NCBI GenBank assembly: GCA_026224805.1
Contig: JAMFRN010000138.1
Span: 19,441-83,440 of the forward strand
Reading direction: 5' to 3'
DNA from: Nevskia soli
GTDB taxonomy: Bacteria; Pseudomonadota; Gammaproteobacteria; Nevskiales; Nevskiaceae
DNA: 64,000 nucleotides
Part shown: piece after piece, positions 1-8,803 of the stretch
Layout of the letters: the number at the start of each line of letters is the position of its first letter
How positions within the stretch are numbered: the first letter of the stretch is position 1
Position numbers and translations under genes: made by a program
The notes under the pieces: generated by a model
The model's database searches: none
What the model was told of the DNA's origin: nothing
The model's input: only the letters and a program-made list of their open reading frames with translations

Positions 1-1129
1 ACAGCTCCGGCTCCTTCAGGCACAGGCGGATGGCGCGCAGGCCCAGCGCCGGGTTGTTCGGCGTCGGGCCCTGGCGGCTGCCGGAGTCGACCTGCTTGTC
101 GGCGCCGAGATCGAGGGTGCGGATGGTGATGGGGCCTTTCACCGCCGCGACCACGCGCGAATAGGCTTCGTACTGCTCCTCCTCGCCCGGCAGGTCGCGC
201 CGGTTCATGTAGAGGAACTCGGTGCGGTACAGGCCCACGCCCTCGGCGCCGAGCTCGGCGGCGTGGGCGGCGTCCTCGCTCATCTCGATGTTGGCCAGCA
301 GCTTGATCTTGACCCCGTCGCGCGAGATCGCCGGCTTGTCGCGCAGCTGCGACAGGGCGGCGCGGTCGGCCAGCTGGCGCGTGCGCTTGGCCTGGAAGAA
401 ATCCAGTGCCTGCGTGTCGGGATCGGCCAGGGCGTGGCCCAGGTCGCCGTCGACGATCACCACCTCGCCCTCGCGCAGCAGGCGCCGCGCCGCGTGCAGG
501 CCGACGATGGTGGGAATGCCGAAGCTGCGCGCCAGGATCGCGGTGTGCGACAACGGGCCGCCGTACTCGGTGATGAAGGCCGCCACGCCCTGTTGCGACA
601 GCAGGATGATGTCGGCCGGGGTGACGTCATCGGCGACGATCACCGGCGGCTCGGCCTGCTCGGTGCGTTGCGCCGCGACGCCTTTCTCCTGCTTCAGCAG
701 GATGCGCAGGATGCGCGCGGAGACGTGCTGCACGTCGTCCTTGCGCGAGCGCAGATAGGGGTCTTCCATCTGCTCGAACACCGCGGTCAACGCATCGCGC
801 TGCTTCTTCAGCGCCGCTTCGGCGTTGCACTGCGCGCTGCGGATCAGCGCCACCACCGCTTCCGTCAGCGAGCGGTCGTCGAGCATCAGCAGATGGGTGT
901 CGATGAAGGCGGCGATCTCGCCCGGCGTGCCTCCAGGGATTTGCGCGCGGATCTGCCGCAGCTGCTCCTTGGCGCGGCGCTGCGCGCCGAAAAAGCGCGT
1001 CACTTCATGCTCGATCTCGGCGGGCGGCAGCTGGTACTCGGGAATCTCCAAGTCGCCGCCATGCAGGCGCTGCACCCGGCCGATGCCGATGCCTCGCGAG
1101 ACTCCGATGCCGCTGAGCCACAGGCTCAT
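1..1129 (-). CDS. ptsI: Phosphoenolpyruvate-protein phosphotransferase (PTS enzyme I), 3' end beyond window
   Basis: Manual minus-strand translation from ATG 1129: MSLWLSGIGVSRGIGIG..., phospho-His motif GGPLSHTAILARSFGIP, GVGLYRTEFLYM, NPALGLRAIRLCL; no N-terminal GAF domain. Confidence 0.92.
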   Translation of the reverse strand, partial: MSLWLSGIGVSRGIGIGRVQRLHGGDLEIPEYQLPPAEIEHEVTRFFGAQRRAKEQLRQIRAQIPGGTPGEIAAFIDTHLLMLDDRSLTEAVVALIRSAQCNAEAALKKQRDALTAVFEQMEDPYLRSRKDDVQHVSARILRILLKQEKGVAAQRTEQAEPPVIVADDVTPADIILLSQQGVAAFITEYGGPLSHTAILARSFGIPTIVGLHAARRLLREGEVVIVDGDLGHALADPDTQALDFFQAKRTRQLADRAALSQLRDKPAISRDGVKIKLLANIEMSEDAAHAAELGAEGVGLYRTEFLYMNRRDLPGEEEQYEAYSRVVAAVKGPITIRTLDLGADKQVDSGSRQGPTPNNPALGLRAIRLCLKEPEL

Positions 1130-1156
1130 GACGCACGCGCTCCGCGATACGGCGGA

Positions 1157-1264
1157 AGTGGCCAGTGGTTAGTGGTTAGTGACCAGTAAAAGCAGGACGC
1201 GCGGGCGACCGCTGACGCCAGCGCTGCGCCACTAATCACTAAGCACTGATCACTAACCACTGCC
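1157..1264. repeat. Imperfect inverted repeat built from tandem heptamers (AGTGGYY arm / CACTRAN arm)
   Basis: agtggcc agtggtt agtggtt agtgacc agtaaaa (1157-1191), then cactaat cactaag cactgat cactaac cactgcc (1230-1264), in the ptsH-ptsI spacer. Confidence 0.85.
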
Positions 1265-1268
1265 GTTC

Positions 1269-1562
1269 TCACGCTTCCTCGTCGAACCGGTTCGCCACCA
1301 GCGCCGCCAGCGCTTCCAGCGTCTCCGCGGCGTCCGGCCCCTGCGCCACCAGCGTGATATGGCTGCCTTGGGCGGCGGCCAGCATCATCACGCCCATGAT
1401 GCTCTTGCCACTGACCTCGCGGCCATCCTTGCGCACCAGCACGTCGCTCTGGTGCTTCGCCGCCAACGTCACCAGCTTGGCGGCGGCGCGCGCATGTAGG
1501 CCGAGGCGGTTGACGATGGTGACGGTTTTTTCGATCGGCTGGTGATCGCTGTTGTTGTCCAT
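1269..1562 (-). CDS. ptsH: HPr/NPr phosphocarrier protein
   Basis: GLHARAAAKLV (His15 motif) and GKSIMGVMMLAA (Ser46 motif). Confidence 0.93.
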   Translation of the reverse strand: MDNNSDHQPIEKTVTIVNRLGLHARAAAKLVTLAAKHQSDVLVRKDGREVSGKSIMGVMMLAAAQGSHITLVAQGPDAAETLEALAALVANRFDEEA

Positions 1563-1570
1563 CCGCGGGC

Positions 1571-2008
1571 TTATTCCTTGATGCGTTGGGCCGGTGTGGG
1601 GCAGACCACCACGCCGCGTTGTCCGCCTTCGACCGCGGCGCGGGTCATCGCCGCCAGGTCGAGTTGCGGGTAATTGAAGATCTTCACCAGCATCGGCAGG
1701 TTGATGCCGGCCACCACCGCGGTATGCGGCGCTTCGGCCAGGCGGTTGGCGATATTGCTGGGGGTGCTGCCGAAGGCGTCGGTGAGCAGCAGCACGCCGG
1801 CGCCCTGGTCGAGGCGCTCGATCATGCGCCGTCCCTGCAGCAGCAGCACGTCGGTGGCCTGCACCCGGCGCACTTCCAGCACATCGGTCGGCAGGGGCAG
1901 GGCGCCGATCATGTCGCTCATGGTCTCCAGCAGGAAATGGCCGAGCTTGCCGTGCGTCACCAGCAGCACGCCGACCACGGCGCGCCCTGGCACGGCGGCG
2001 CTGCTCAC
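1571..2008 (-). CDS. PTS EIIA component, mannose/fructose family
   Basis: VLLVTHG and LLLTDAFGSTPSN, GINLPML motifs; lies between rapZ and ptsH. Confidence 0.88.
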   Translation of the reverse strand: MSSAAVPGRAVVGVLLVTHGKLGHFLLETMSDMIGALPLPTDVLEVRRVQATDVLLLQGRRMIERLDQGAGVLLLTDAFGSTPSNIANRLAEAPHTAVVAGINLPMLVKIFNYPQLDLAAMTRAAVEGGQRGVVVCPTPAQRIKE

Positions 2009-2865
2009 AGGCCCAGTTCCCGGTGCTTGGCGATGACCTGGCCGAAGCGGCCCTGGAACGAGGCGGCCAGCTGCTCGACCATGTAAACCGAGCGGTGCTG
2101 GCCGCCGGTGCAGCCGATCGCCACGGTGACGTAGCTGCGGTCCTGCTGCTGGAACGCCGGCAGCCAGTGCGCCAGGAAACTGCGGATGTCGTCGAGCAGC
2201 GCCCCGGTTTCGGCGTGGCTCTCCAGGTATTTCGCCACCGCCTCGTCGCGGCCGGTGAGCGCGCGCAGCTCCGGCACCCAGTGCGGATTGGGCAGGTTGC
2301 GCACGTCGAAGACGAAATCGGCGCCGTCCGGCAGGCTGTTCTTGTAGCCGAAGGACAGGAACAGCACCGCCAGCCGGCCGCTGCCCGCCTCGGGCTGGCG
2401 CGCGTGAATGGCGTTGCGCAGGTCGTGCAGGTTCATCGCCGAGGTGTTGAGCAGATCGTCGGCCAGGGCGGCGATCGGCTCCAGCAGCTTGCGCTCGAGG
2501 CGGATCGCCTCGACCAGCGACACTTCCGGCCCGGACAGCGGATGCTTGCGGCGCGTCTCGTTGTAGCGGCGCAGGATCACCTGGTCGTCGGCGGTGAGGA
2601 ACAGCACGTGCACATGCACGCCCTGGGCCCGCAGCGCCTTCAGCACCTCGGGAAAGGACTTGATCTCCTTCGGGTTGGCGCGGGCATCGACGCCGATGGC
2701 GAACTCGCTGTAGCGCGGCTCCGGATGGCTTACCGCGTGCGCGATCAGCGGCTGCACCAGGTCCAGGGGGATATTGTCGATGCAGTAATAGCCCAGGTCC
2801 TCGTAAAGCTTGAGGGCCACGGTCTTGCCGGTGCCGGACAGTCCGCTGACGATGACGAGGCGCAT
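2005..2865 (-). CDS. rapZ: RNase adapter RapZ (P-loop protein)
   Basis: MRLVIVSGLSGTGKT, YYCIDNIP, FDVRNLPNPHW, IGCTGGQHRSV; start moved to ATG 2865. Confidence 0.93.
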   Translation of the reverse strand: MRLVIVSGLSGTGKTVALKLYEDLGYYCIDNIPLDLVQPLIAHAVSHPEPRYSEFAIGVDARANPKEIKSFPEVLKALRAQGVHVHVLFLTADDQVILRRYNETRRKHPLSGPEVSLVEAIRLERKLLEPIAALADDLLNTSAMNLHDLRNAIHARQPEAGSGRLAVLFLSFGYKNSLPDGADFVFDVRNLPNPHWVPELRALTGRDEAVAKYLESHAETGALLDDIRSFLAHWLPAFQQQDRSYVTVAIGCTGGQHRSVYMVEQLAASFQGRFGQVIAKHRELGL

Positions 2866-2882
2866 GCAGCCCTTGAAGGTGA

Positions 2883-3443
2883 CTATTGCTGTTCGGGATG
2901 ATCCAGCCGCTGCCGCTGCCGCTCCACCAGGTCGTCGTCGGCGCGATAGCCCGACAGGCGCAGCCGGTGATCGCGGCAAGCCGCCTCGACCAGTACCGCC
3001 AGATTATGCCCGACCCGGCGCGGCAAAGAGATTTCCGGCACGGTTACGCCCAGCACGGTGTAGCTGCCGCGGTAGCCGTGCAGGCGCTCCTCGGCGCTGG
3101 CCTCGGCGCGCACGCCCAGGTCAATCACCAGGTCCAGCGGCGCTCCGGCGACGACGCAGGCCGCGCCGTACAGCGCCCGCACGTTGAGAATGCCCAGGCC
3201 GCGCACCTCGATGAAGCCTTCCAGCAGCGGCGGGCAATTGCCCTGTACGCGCGGCTCCCCGGCGGCGCGGCGCCATTCGACGATATCGTCGGCGATCAGC
3301 TTGTGGCCGCGCGTCAGCAGTTCCAGGCCCAGTTCGCTCTTGCCGGCGCCGCTGGCGCCGCGCAGGAACACGCCCAGGCCCTCGACTTCGAGGAAAACGC
3401 CGTGGGCGGAGGAGGGGCTGTAGGGTTCGCCCGGGATTGACAT
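2883..3443 (-). CDS. hprK: HPr kinase/phosphorylase, kinase domain only (186 aa)
   Basis: HGVFLEVEGLGVFLRGASGAGKSELGLELLTRGHKLIADD and IEVRGLGILNV signature. Confidence 0.88.
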   Translation of the reverse strand: MSIPGEPYSPSSAHGVFLEVEGLGVFLRGASGAGKSELGLELLTRGHKLIADDIVEWRRAAGEPRVQGNCPPLLEGFIEVRGLGILNVRALYGAACVVAGAPLDLVIDLGVRAEASAEERLHGYRGSYTVLGVTVPEISLPRRVGHNLAVLVEAACRDHRLRLSGYRADDDLVERQRQRLDHPEQQ

Positions 3444-3494
3444 GCGGGTGCAGGCCTTTTGCTTCCGAAAGGGGACCTGCGAGGGGGCTGGAAA

Positions 3495-3941
3495 CTATTT
3501 CGCCAGCAAGGCGTACAGCGCCGCTTCGTCCTTGGCTTCGCGCACCTGGGTGCAGAAAGCGTCGTCGGAAAATTTCTCGGCGATGGCTGCCAGATGCTGA
3601 AGATGTTCGCCGGTGGCGTTCTGCGGCACCAGCAGGCCGAACATCAGGTCCACCGGCTGGCCGTCATGGGTTTCGTAATCCACCGGGTGCTTCAGGCGCA
3701 CGAAGGCGCCGACACTGGCGCTGATGCCGGCCATGCGGCCGTGCGGGATGGCCACGCCGTGGCCGAGTCCGGTGCTGCCCAGCTTTTCGCGGCTGGCCAG
3801 GCTGTTGAGGATGTCGGTGTGGCTGACGCTGGGGGTGCCCTGCGCCAGCAGTTTCGCGATTTCCTCCAGAGCGCGCTTCTTGCTGGTGACGGCGACGCCG
3901 CTGGCAACGCGGCCGCCGCTCAGGATTTCCGCGAGTTTCAT
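3495..3941 (-). CDS. ptsN: PTS IIA-Ntr
   Basis: REKLGSTGLGHGVAIPHGR motif; in rpoN operon. Confidence 0.93.
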   Translation of the reverse strand: MKLAEILSGGRVASGVAVTSKKRALEEIAKLLAQGTPSVSHTDILNSLASREKLGSTGLGHGVAIPHGRMAGISASVGAFVRLKHPVDYETHDGQPVDLMFGLLVPQNATGEHLQHLAAIAEKFSDDAFCTQVREAKDEAALYALLAK

Positions 3942-3965
3942 GATTTTCGGTACTCTTTTGTCTTT

Positions 3966-4000
3966 AAAAACATGAGCCCGGCGGAAGCCGGGCCATGTTT
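3966..4000 (-). terminator. Intrinsic terminator-like hairpin downstream of hpf
   Basis: Minus strand reads AAACATGGCCCGGC-TTCC-GCCGGGCTCATGTTTTT. Confidence 0.6.
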
Positions 4001-4069
4001 GTTCCTAGTACCGATACGTTACGACTTTGTCGGCGCCCGCGCCAGAGTGTGGCGCGGGCGCTGCAGGCG

Positions 4070-4390
4070 CTAGACCTCCTGGTGCTTGATGGTTTCGCGG
4101 TCGTGATGGTTGCGCTGCTTGTCCTTGAACTTGCGCGTCTGCTGGTCCAGCTTGTCGATCAGTCCGTCGATGGCGGCGTACATGTCGCCATTGACCGCGG
4201 CGGCGTGCAGGTTGGCGCCGCGCGTATGCAGCGTCGCCTCCGCCTTGTGCACCAGTTTGTCGACCGAGAGGATCACCGAAGCGTCGATGAGGTGATCGAA
4301 ATGTCGCTCGACCCGCTTCAGCTTGTCCGTCACGTAATCGCGCAGTGGCGGGGTCAGATCGAGATGGTGGCCGCAGATGTTCAGGTTCAT
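4070..4390 (-). CDS. hpf: Ribosome hibernation promoting factor (HPF/RaiA family)
   Basis: MNLNICGHHLDLTPPLRDYV...DMYAAIDGLIDKLDQQ; directly downstream of rpoN. Confidence 0.93.
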   Translation of the reverse strand: MNLNICGHHLDLTPPLRDYVTDKLKRVERHFDHLIDASVILSVDKLVHKAEATLHTRGANLHAAAVNGDMYAAIDGLIDKLDQQTRKFKDKQRNHHDRETIKHQEV

Positions 4391-4494
4391 TCATCGACTC
4401 CTTGCAAGTATCCGGTCAGGGTGACCGGCCGGCCAAAACGACCGGACACGTCAAATGATGCGAAATCCGGGCCGCTGATCGTGCCGCCGGTCGG

Positions 4495-5967
4495 TCAGTT
4501 GACCGGACGGCGCTCGTGCGAAGGCGGGATGCGCAAGGCCTCGCGGTACTTGGCGACCGTGCGGCGCGCCACCTGGATGCCCTCTTTCAGCAGCATTTCG
4601 GCGAGCGTCGAGTCGGACAAGGGCTTGGCAGCGTCCTCCTGCGTGATGAGACGTTTGATCATGGCCTGGATGGCGGTTGCGGAGCAGGTACCTCCTTCAG
4701 TGGTTTGGACATGGCTGGAGAAGAAAAATTTCAATTCATAGAGGCCGCGAGGCGTCAGCATGTATTTGTTGGCGGTGGCGCGGGACACGGTGGACTCGTG
4801 CACGCCGAGCCGCTCGGCCACATCGCGCAGCACCAGCGGGCGCATCGCTTCCTCGCCGTACTCGAGGAAGGCGCGCTGTTCCTCGATGATGCATTGCGCC
4901 ACCTTGAGCAGGGTTTCGTTGCGCGCTTCCAGGCTGTTGATGAAATAGCGCGCTTCCTGTAAGTGCTGCTTCATGGTCAACTGGTCGCGCGAGGTGTCGG
5001 CGCGCTTGATCATGCCCTGGTAGTAGGAGTTGATGCGCAGGCGCGGCGTGTGTTCCGGGTTCAGCGCCACGCGCCAGCTGCCCTGGTGCTTGGCTACGAA
5101 CACATCGGGCGCCACATATTCGTTCTCGTGCGACTGGTAGGGCCGTCCCGGATGCGGCTGCAGCGACTGGATCAGCGCCAGGGCGGCGCGGATCGCCTCG
5201 GCGTCGAGGCCGGTGGCGCGGGCCAGCGGCGCTTCCTCGCGCCGCGCCAGCAGCGCCATCGGCGCTTCCAGCACGCGCAGCGCCTCGGCCAGGCCGGGAG
5301 TCTTCGGCGGGTATTGCTGCAATTGCAGGCGCAGGCACTCCGTCAGGTCGCGCGCGCCCACGCCGGGCGGGTCGAAATCCTGCACCTGGCGCAGCACCTG
5401 TTCGATGCGCTGCGGCGGCACGCCGAGTGCTTCGGCCAGCCGCTTGCTCAGGCTGTCCCAGTCTTCCAGGTAGCCGTCGTCGTTGATGGCGTCGACCAGA
5501 TGCAGCGCGATCTCCGCTTCCAGCGCGTCGAATGGCGCGATGCTGGCTTGCCACACCAGGTGCTCGCGCAGGCTGGTGCTGCCGTGCAGGTTGGCCTGTA
5601 GGTAATCGTGCAGGCCGTCGTCGTCGGCGCCGCTGCTGGAAGAGGACGGCGCAGGACTGTCGTAGATATCGCCCCAGTCGGCGTCGACCGGCATTTCCTC
5701 GGGGATTTCCTTGTTGCCGGCCAGGTCCAGCGAGCTTTCCGCCGCGCCTTCGATCTCGTCGCCACCCTCGGCGGCGACTTCGGCCGCCACTTCCTCCGCG
5801 GTTTCCGACTCGTCGGCGGTGGATTCCAGCATCACATTGGATTCCAGCGCCTGGCGGATCTCCTGCTGCAGGTCGAGGCTGGACAACTGCAATAGCCGGA
5901 TCGCCTGCTGCAGGGCAGGCGTCATGGTCAAGCTCAGACCAGTGCGTAGCGACAGCGACTGTTTCAC
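4495..5967 (-). CDS. rpoN: RNA polymerase sigma-54 factor
   Basis: MTPALQQAIRLLQLSSLDL, HESTVSRAT helix-turn-helix, RpoN box ARRTVAKYRE. Confidence 0.97.
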   Translation of the reverse strand: MKQSLSLRTGLSLTMTPALQQAIRLLQLSSLDLQQEIRQALESNVMLESTADESETAEEVAAEVAAEGGDEIEGAAESSLDLAGNKEIPEEMPVDADWGDIYDSPAPSSSSSGADDDGLHDYLQANLHGSTSLREHLVWQASIAPFDALEAEIALHLVDAINDDGYLEDWDSLSKRLAEALGVPPQRIEQVLRQVQDFDPPGVGARDLTECLRLQLQQYPPKTPGLAEALRVLEAPMALLARREEAPLARATGLDAEAIRAALALIQSLQPHPGRPYQSHENEYVAPDVFVAKHQGSWRVALNPEHTPRLRINSYYQGMIKRADTSRDQLTMKQHLQEARYFINSLEARNETLLKVAQCIIEEQRAFLEYGEEAMRPLVLRDVAERLGVHESTVSRATANKYMLTPRGLYELKFFFSSHVQTTEGGTCSATAIQAMIKRLITQEDAAKPLSDSTLAEMLLKEGIQVARRTVAKYREALRIPPSHERRPVN

Positions 5968-5993
5968 AACGCTCTCAGCGTGTTATCCATGTT

Positions 5994-6009
5994 TGGCATT
6001 GTACTTGCA
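5994..6009 (+). promoter_or_regulatory. Sigma-54 -24/-12 site oriented opposite to rpoN
   Basis: TGGCAT-TGTAC-TTGCA matches TGGCAC-N5-TTGCW with correct GG-N10-GC spacing. Confidence 0.75.
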
Positions 6010-6182
6010 CAAAATCGATGTGGCTGGAGTATGATCTTAAAAATTTCCACCCAGGGCGCAGGGGCGGCTCAACGGGCGGAAAGCGGGCCATCGGCGGTTT
6101 CGTGGCCTTGGGGAGGCTGTCCCCTGAGATTCCCTCCAAAATGCCCCGACACTCCGGCGAGTCCGCCGCCGGGCAGCCTGCA

Positions 6183-6977
6183 CTACATCTTGAACTGCTC
6201 GCCCAGGTAGACCCGACGCACCGTCTCGTTCTCCAGCACATGGGCCGGCGCGCCGTCGGCGATGACCAGTCCCTCGTTGAGGATGTAGGCGCGGTCGCAG
6301 ATGCCCAGCGTCTCGCGCACATTGTGGTCGGTGATGAGCACGCCGATGCCGCGCGCGGCCAGATGGCGCACGATGTGCTGGATGTCGAGCACGGCGATCG
6401 GATCGACGCCGGCGAAAGGCTCGTCGAGCAGGATGAAGCGCGGATTGGCGGCCAGGGCGCGGGCGATCTCGGTGCGGCGGCGCTCACCGCCCGACAGCGA
6501 CATGCCCAGCCCTTCCTGCACATGGCCGATGTGCAGCTCGGTCAGCAGCCGCTGCAGCTCGGCCTTGCGCCCTTCGCTGTTCAGGTCCTCGCGGATTTCC
6601 AAGATCGCCATGATGTTGTCCGCCACCGACAGCTTGCGGAACACTGAGGCTTCCTGCGGCAGATAGCCGATGCCCATGCGCGCCCGCGCGTGCATCGGCA
6701 GGCGCGTGATGTCGGCGCCGTCCAGCTCGATGCTGCCGCCGTCCGGTTTGACCAGGCCCACCATCATGTAGAACGAAGTGGTCTTGCCGGCGCCGTTGGG
6801 CCCGAGCAGGCCAACGATCTCGCCGGCGCTGACGTTGAGCGAGACGTCGCTGACCACGGTGCGCCGGCGGTAGCGCTTGACCAGGCCGCGCGCCGCCAGC
6901 AGGGATTGTTTCGCCGTGACCGGCGTTGTGGCGGTGACCACCGCTTGCAGCCGCGGCTCGCGCTGCGCCGTGCTCAT
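6183..6977 (-). CDS. lptB: LPS export ABC transporter ATP-binding protein
   Basis: [46 protein letters not shown]; ATG 6977 overlaps the lptA stop. Confidence 0.95.
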   Translation of the reverse strand: MSTAQREPRLQAVVTATTPVTAKQSLLAARGLVKRYRRRTVVSDVSLNVSAGEIVGLLGPNGAGKTTSFYMMVGLVKPDGGSIELDGADITRLPMHARARMGIGYLPQEASVFRKLSVADNIMAILEIREDLNSEGRKAELQRLLTELHIGHVQEGLGMSLSGGERRRTEIARALAANPRFILLDEPFAGVDPIAVLDIQHIVRHLAARGIGVLITDHNVRETLGICDRAYILNEGLVIADGAPAHVLENETVRRVYLGEQFKM

Positions 6978-7735
6978 GGCTTGCCTCCCCCGCTCTGCGT
7001 CGTTGCCGGTGGCGCGGCGGGCGGCGCAGCGCTGGCGGCGGGCTGCTTGTCGTTCGCCGCGGGCGCTGTGGCAGCCGGCGCCGGCGCACCCGGGGTGTTG
7101 ACCTGCGGCAGGACGATTTTGACGCGGCCCCCGGGGCTGTCGCCGCCGGATGCCTCGTAGCGTTGATCCAGCACGTAGTAGCGGATGGTTTCCGCCGTGG
7201 TGGTATCGTCGCCGCGCGTCATCAGCGCTTCGCCGACCAGATCCACCACGCCCGCGCGCGAGTCGTAGGTCATGGTCTTGGCATGGGCGGTCATCGCCGG
7301 GTTGTCCGGCCCGGTGCCGGCATGCGACATGTGTGCCGGCGCGCCGGTGACCTTGGCGGTGTACTGGCCGTCGGCGGCGCGCTTCAGCTCCAGCCGGTCG
7401 CCGTCCATTTTCAGGGTATCGGAATCGAGCGTGACATTGCCGACATACACCGCCGAGTTGCCTTGCACCAGCTCGGCGTGATTGGCGCCGATGGTGACCG
7501 GCCCGTTCGGCCTGAGATCGGCGGCCGAGGGCAGGCGACCCAGCTGTTCCTTGGTGTTGTGTTCCGAGCCAGCAGGGGCAGTACCTGCCGTCTTGGCCGG
7601 CGCGGCTGTGGTCTGGCTTGCCGCCACCTGTTGTGCCGGCGCTGTAGCGGCCGGAGTCTGCGCCCATGCCAGGGCCGGCAGCAGCAGGGCCAGGATTATG
7701 ACCGCGACTGCGTTCCCTTCAATGCGGAGCTTCAT
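6974..7735 (-). CDS. lptA: LPS transport periplasmic protein with Ala/Pro-rich extensions
   Basis: Signal peptide, OstA-like beta-jellyroll core (VYVGNVTL...GGRVKIVL), lies between lptC and lptB. Confidence 0.82.
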   Translation of the reverse strand: MKLRIEGNAVAVIILALLLPALAWAQTPAATAPAQQVAASQTTAAPAKTAGTAPAGSEHNTKEQLGRLPSAADLRPNGPVTIGANHAELVQGNSAVYVGNVTLDSDTLKMDGDRLELKRAADGQYTAKVTGAPAHMSHAGTGPDNPAMTAHAKTMTYDSRAGVVDLVGEALMTRGDDTTTAETIRYYVLDQRYEASGGDSPGGRVKIVLPQVNTPGAPAPAATAPAANDKQPAASAAPPAAPPATTQSGGGKP

Positions 7736-8279
7736 AGGTCATCTTCACGTTATGCAGCAGCTGCAGCGTCTGTGCGGCCCAGTCGGAATGCATGCCTACC
7801 GCGTTGCCGGTGCGCTGCGGGCTCTGCAGGTCCACCGGGGCATCGGTGTCGATCTCGCGCCGGTCGGGATCGACCCACAGGTGATCGGTATGCACCACCA
7901 CGTCCTCGCCGTTGTCCGGCCACTGGCCCTTGGCCAGCACCGGGCCTTCCAGCATGAAGCGGCGCTGATGGGCCGGCAAGGTTGCCGCCGGGGCGGTCAG
8001 GTGCCAGGTCCGGTCGTCGTCGGCAACCAGGTCCACCCGCAGGTTCTGGGCGCGGCCGGACTGGTCGTCGAAGTAGTCGATAGTGTCGGCCTGGCCGGTC
8101 AGGCTGATGTTGCCGTCGCTGTCGAAGCGGGTCAGCTCGGCGTCGCCGAGCGTGTAGCGCGGCAGCTCCACCGGCCCCTGCGGCGATTCCACGATGGTGT
8201 TGTCCATGCGCTGGAAGGTATAGAACAGGCCGGCCAGGGCCGGCACCAGCAGCAGCGGGATCAGCTTGCGCCAATTCAC
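7719..8279 (-). CDS. lptC: LPS export protein LptC
   Basis: GTG 8279 overlaps the kdsC stop; N-terminal TM segment then beta-rich domain ending [10 protein letters not shown]; synteny. Confidence 0.82.
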   Translation of the reverse strand: MNWRKLIPLLLVPALAGLFYTFQRMDNTIVESPQGPVELPRYTLGDAELTRFDSDGNISLTGQADTIDYFDDQSGRAQNLRVDLVADDDRTWHLTAPAATLPAHQRRFMLEGPVLAKGQWPDNGEDVVVHTDHLWVDPDRREIDTDAPVDLQSPQRTGNAVGMHSDWAAQTLQLLHNVKMTYEAPH

Positions 8280-8803
8280 GAGTGTGCGCCCTCCGCTGTC
8301 TCGTCCTTGCCCTGCGCTCGCAGGATCATGTCCGCCGCCTCGCGCACCGCGCCGTTGCCGCCGTTCAGGCGGCTGACCCAGTGCGCGGCGGCCAGGGCTT
8401 TCGGATGGGCGTCGGCCACGGTCAGGGCCAGGCCGGCGCGGCGCATCAGCGGCAGGTCCGGCACGTCGTCGCCCATCACCGCCATCTGCCGGTCTTCGAG
8501 GCCGAGCAGCTGCTGCAGCGTTTCGAAGGCCGGGATCTTGCGCTCGACATTGAGCCAGATATGGCGCACGCCGAGATATTCGAAGCGCTGCTGCATGGCC
8601 GCCGAGGGGCGGCCGGAAATCACCGCCACCTCGATCCCGGCCTGCAGCAGCAGCTTGATGCCGAGGCCGTCGCGCACGTTCACCGCTTTCCACTCGCTGC
8701 CGTCGGGACCGAGGTAGAGCTTGCAGTCGGTGACGACGCCATCGACATCGAGCACCACGCAGCGGATGTCGCGCGCGCGTTCGCTCAGGGTGGGTTGGCT
8801 CAT
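8276..8803 (-). CDS. kdsC: KDO 8-phosphate phosphatase
   Basis: HAD motif VLDVDGVVTD, MGDDVPDL, GGNGAVRE. Confidence 0.92.
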   Translation of the reverse strand: MSQPTLSERARDIRCVVLDVDGVVTDCKLYLGPDGSEWKAVNVRDGLGIKLLLQAGIEVAVISGRPSAAMQQRFEYLGVRHIWLNVERKIPAFETLQQLLGLEDRQMAVMGDDVPDLPLMRRAGLALTVADAHPKALAAAHWVSRLNGGNGAVREAADMILRAQGKDETAEGAHS

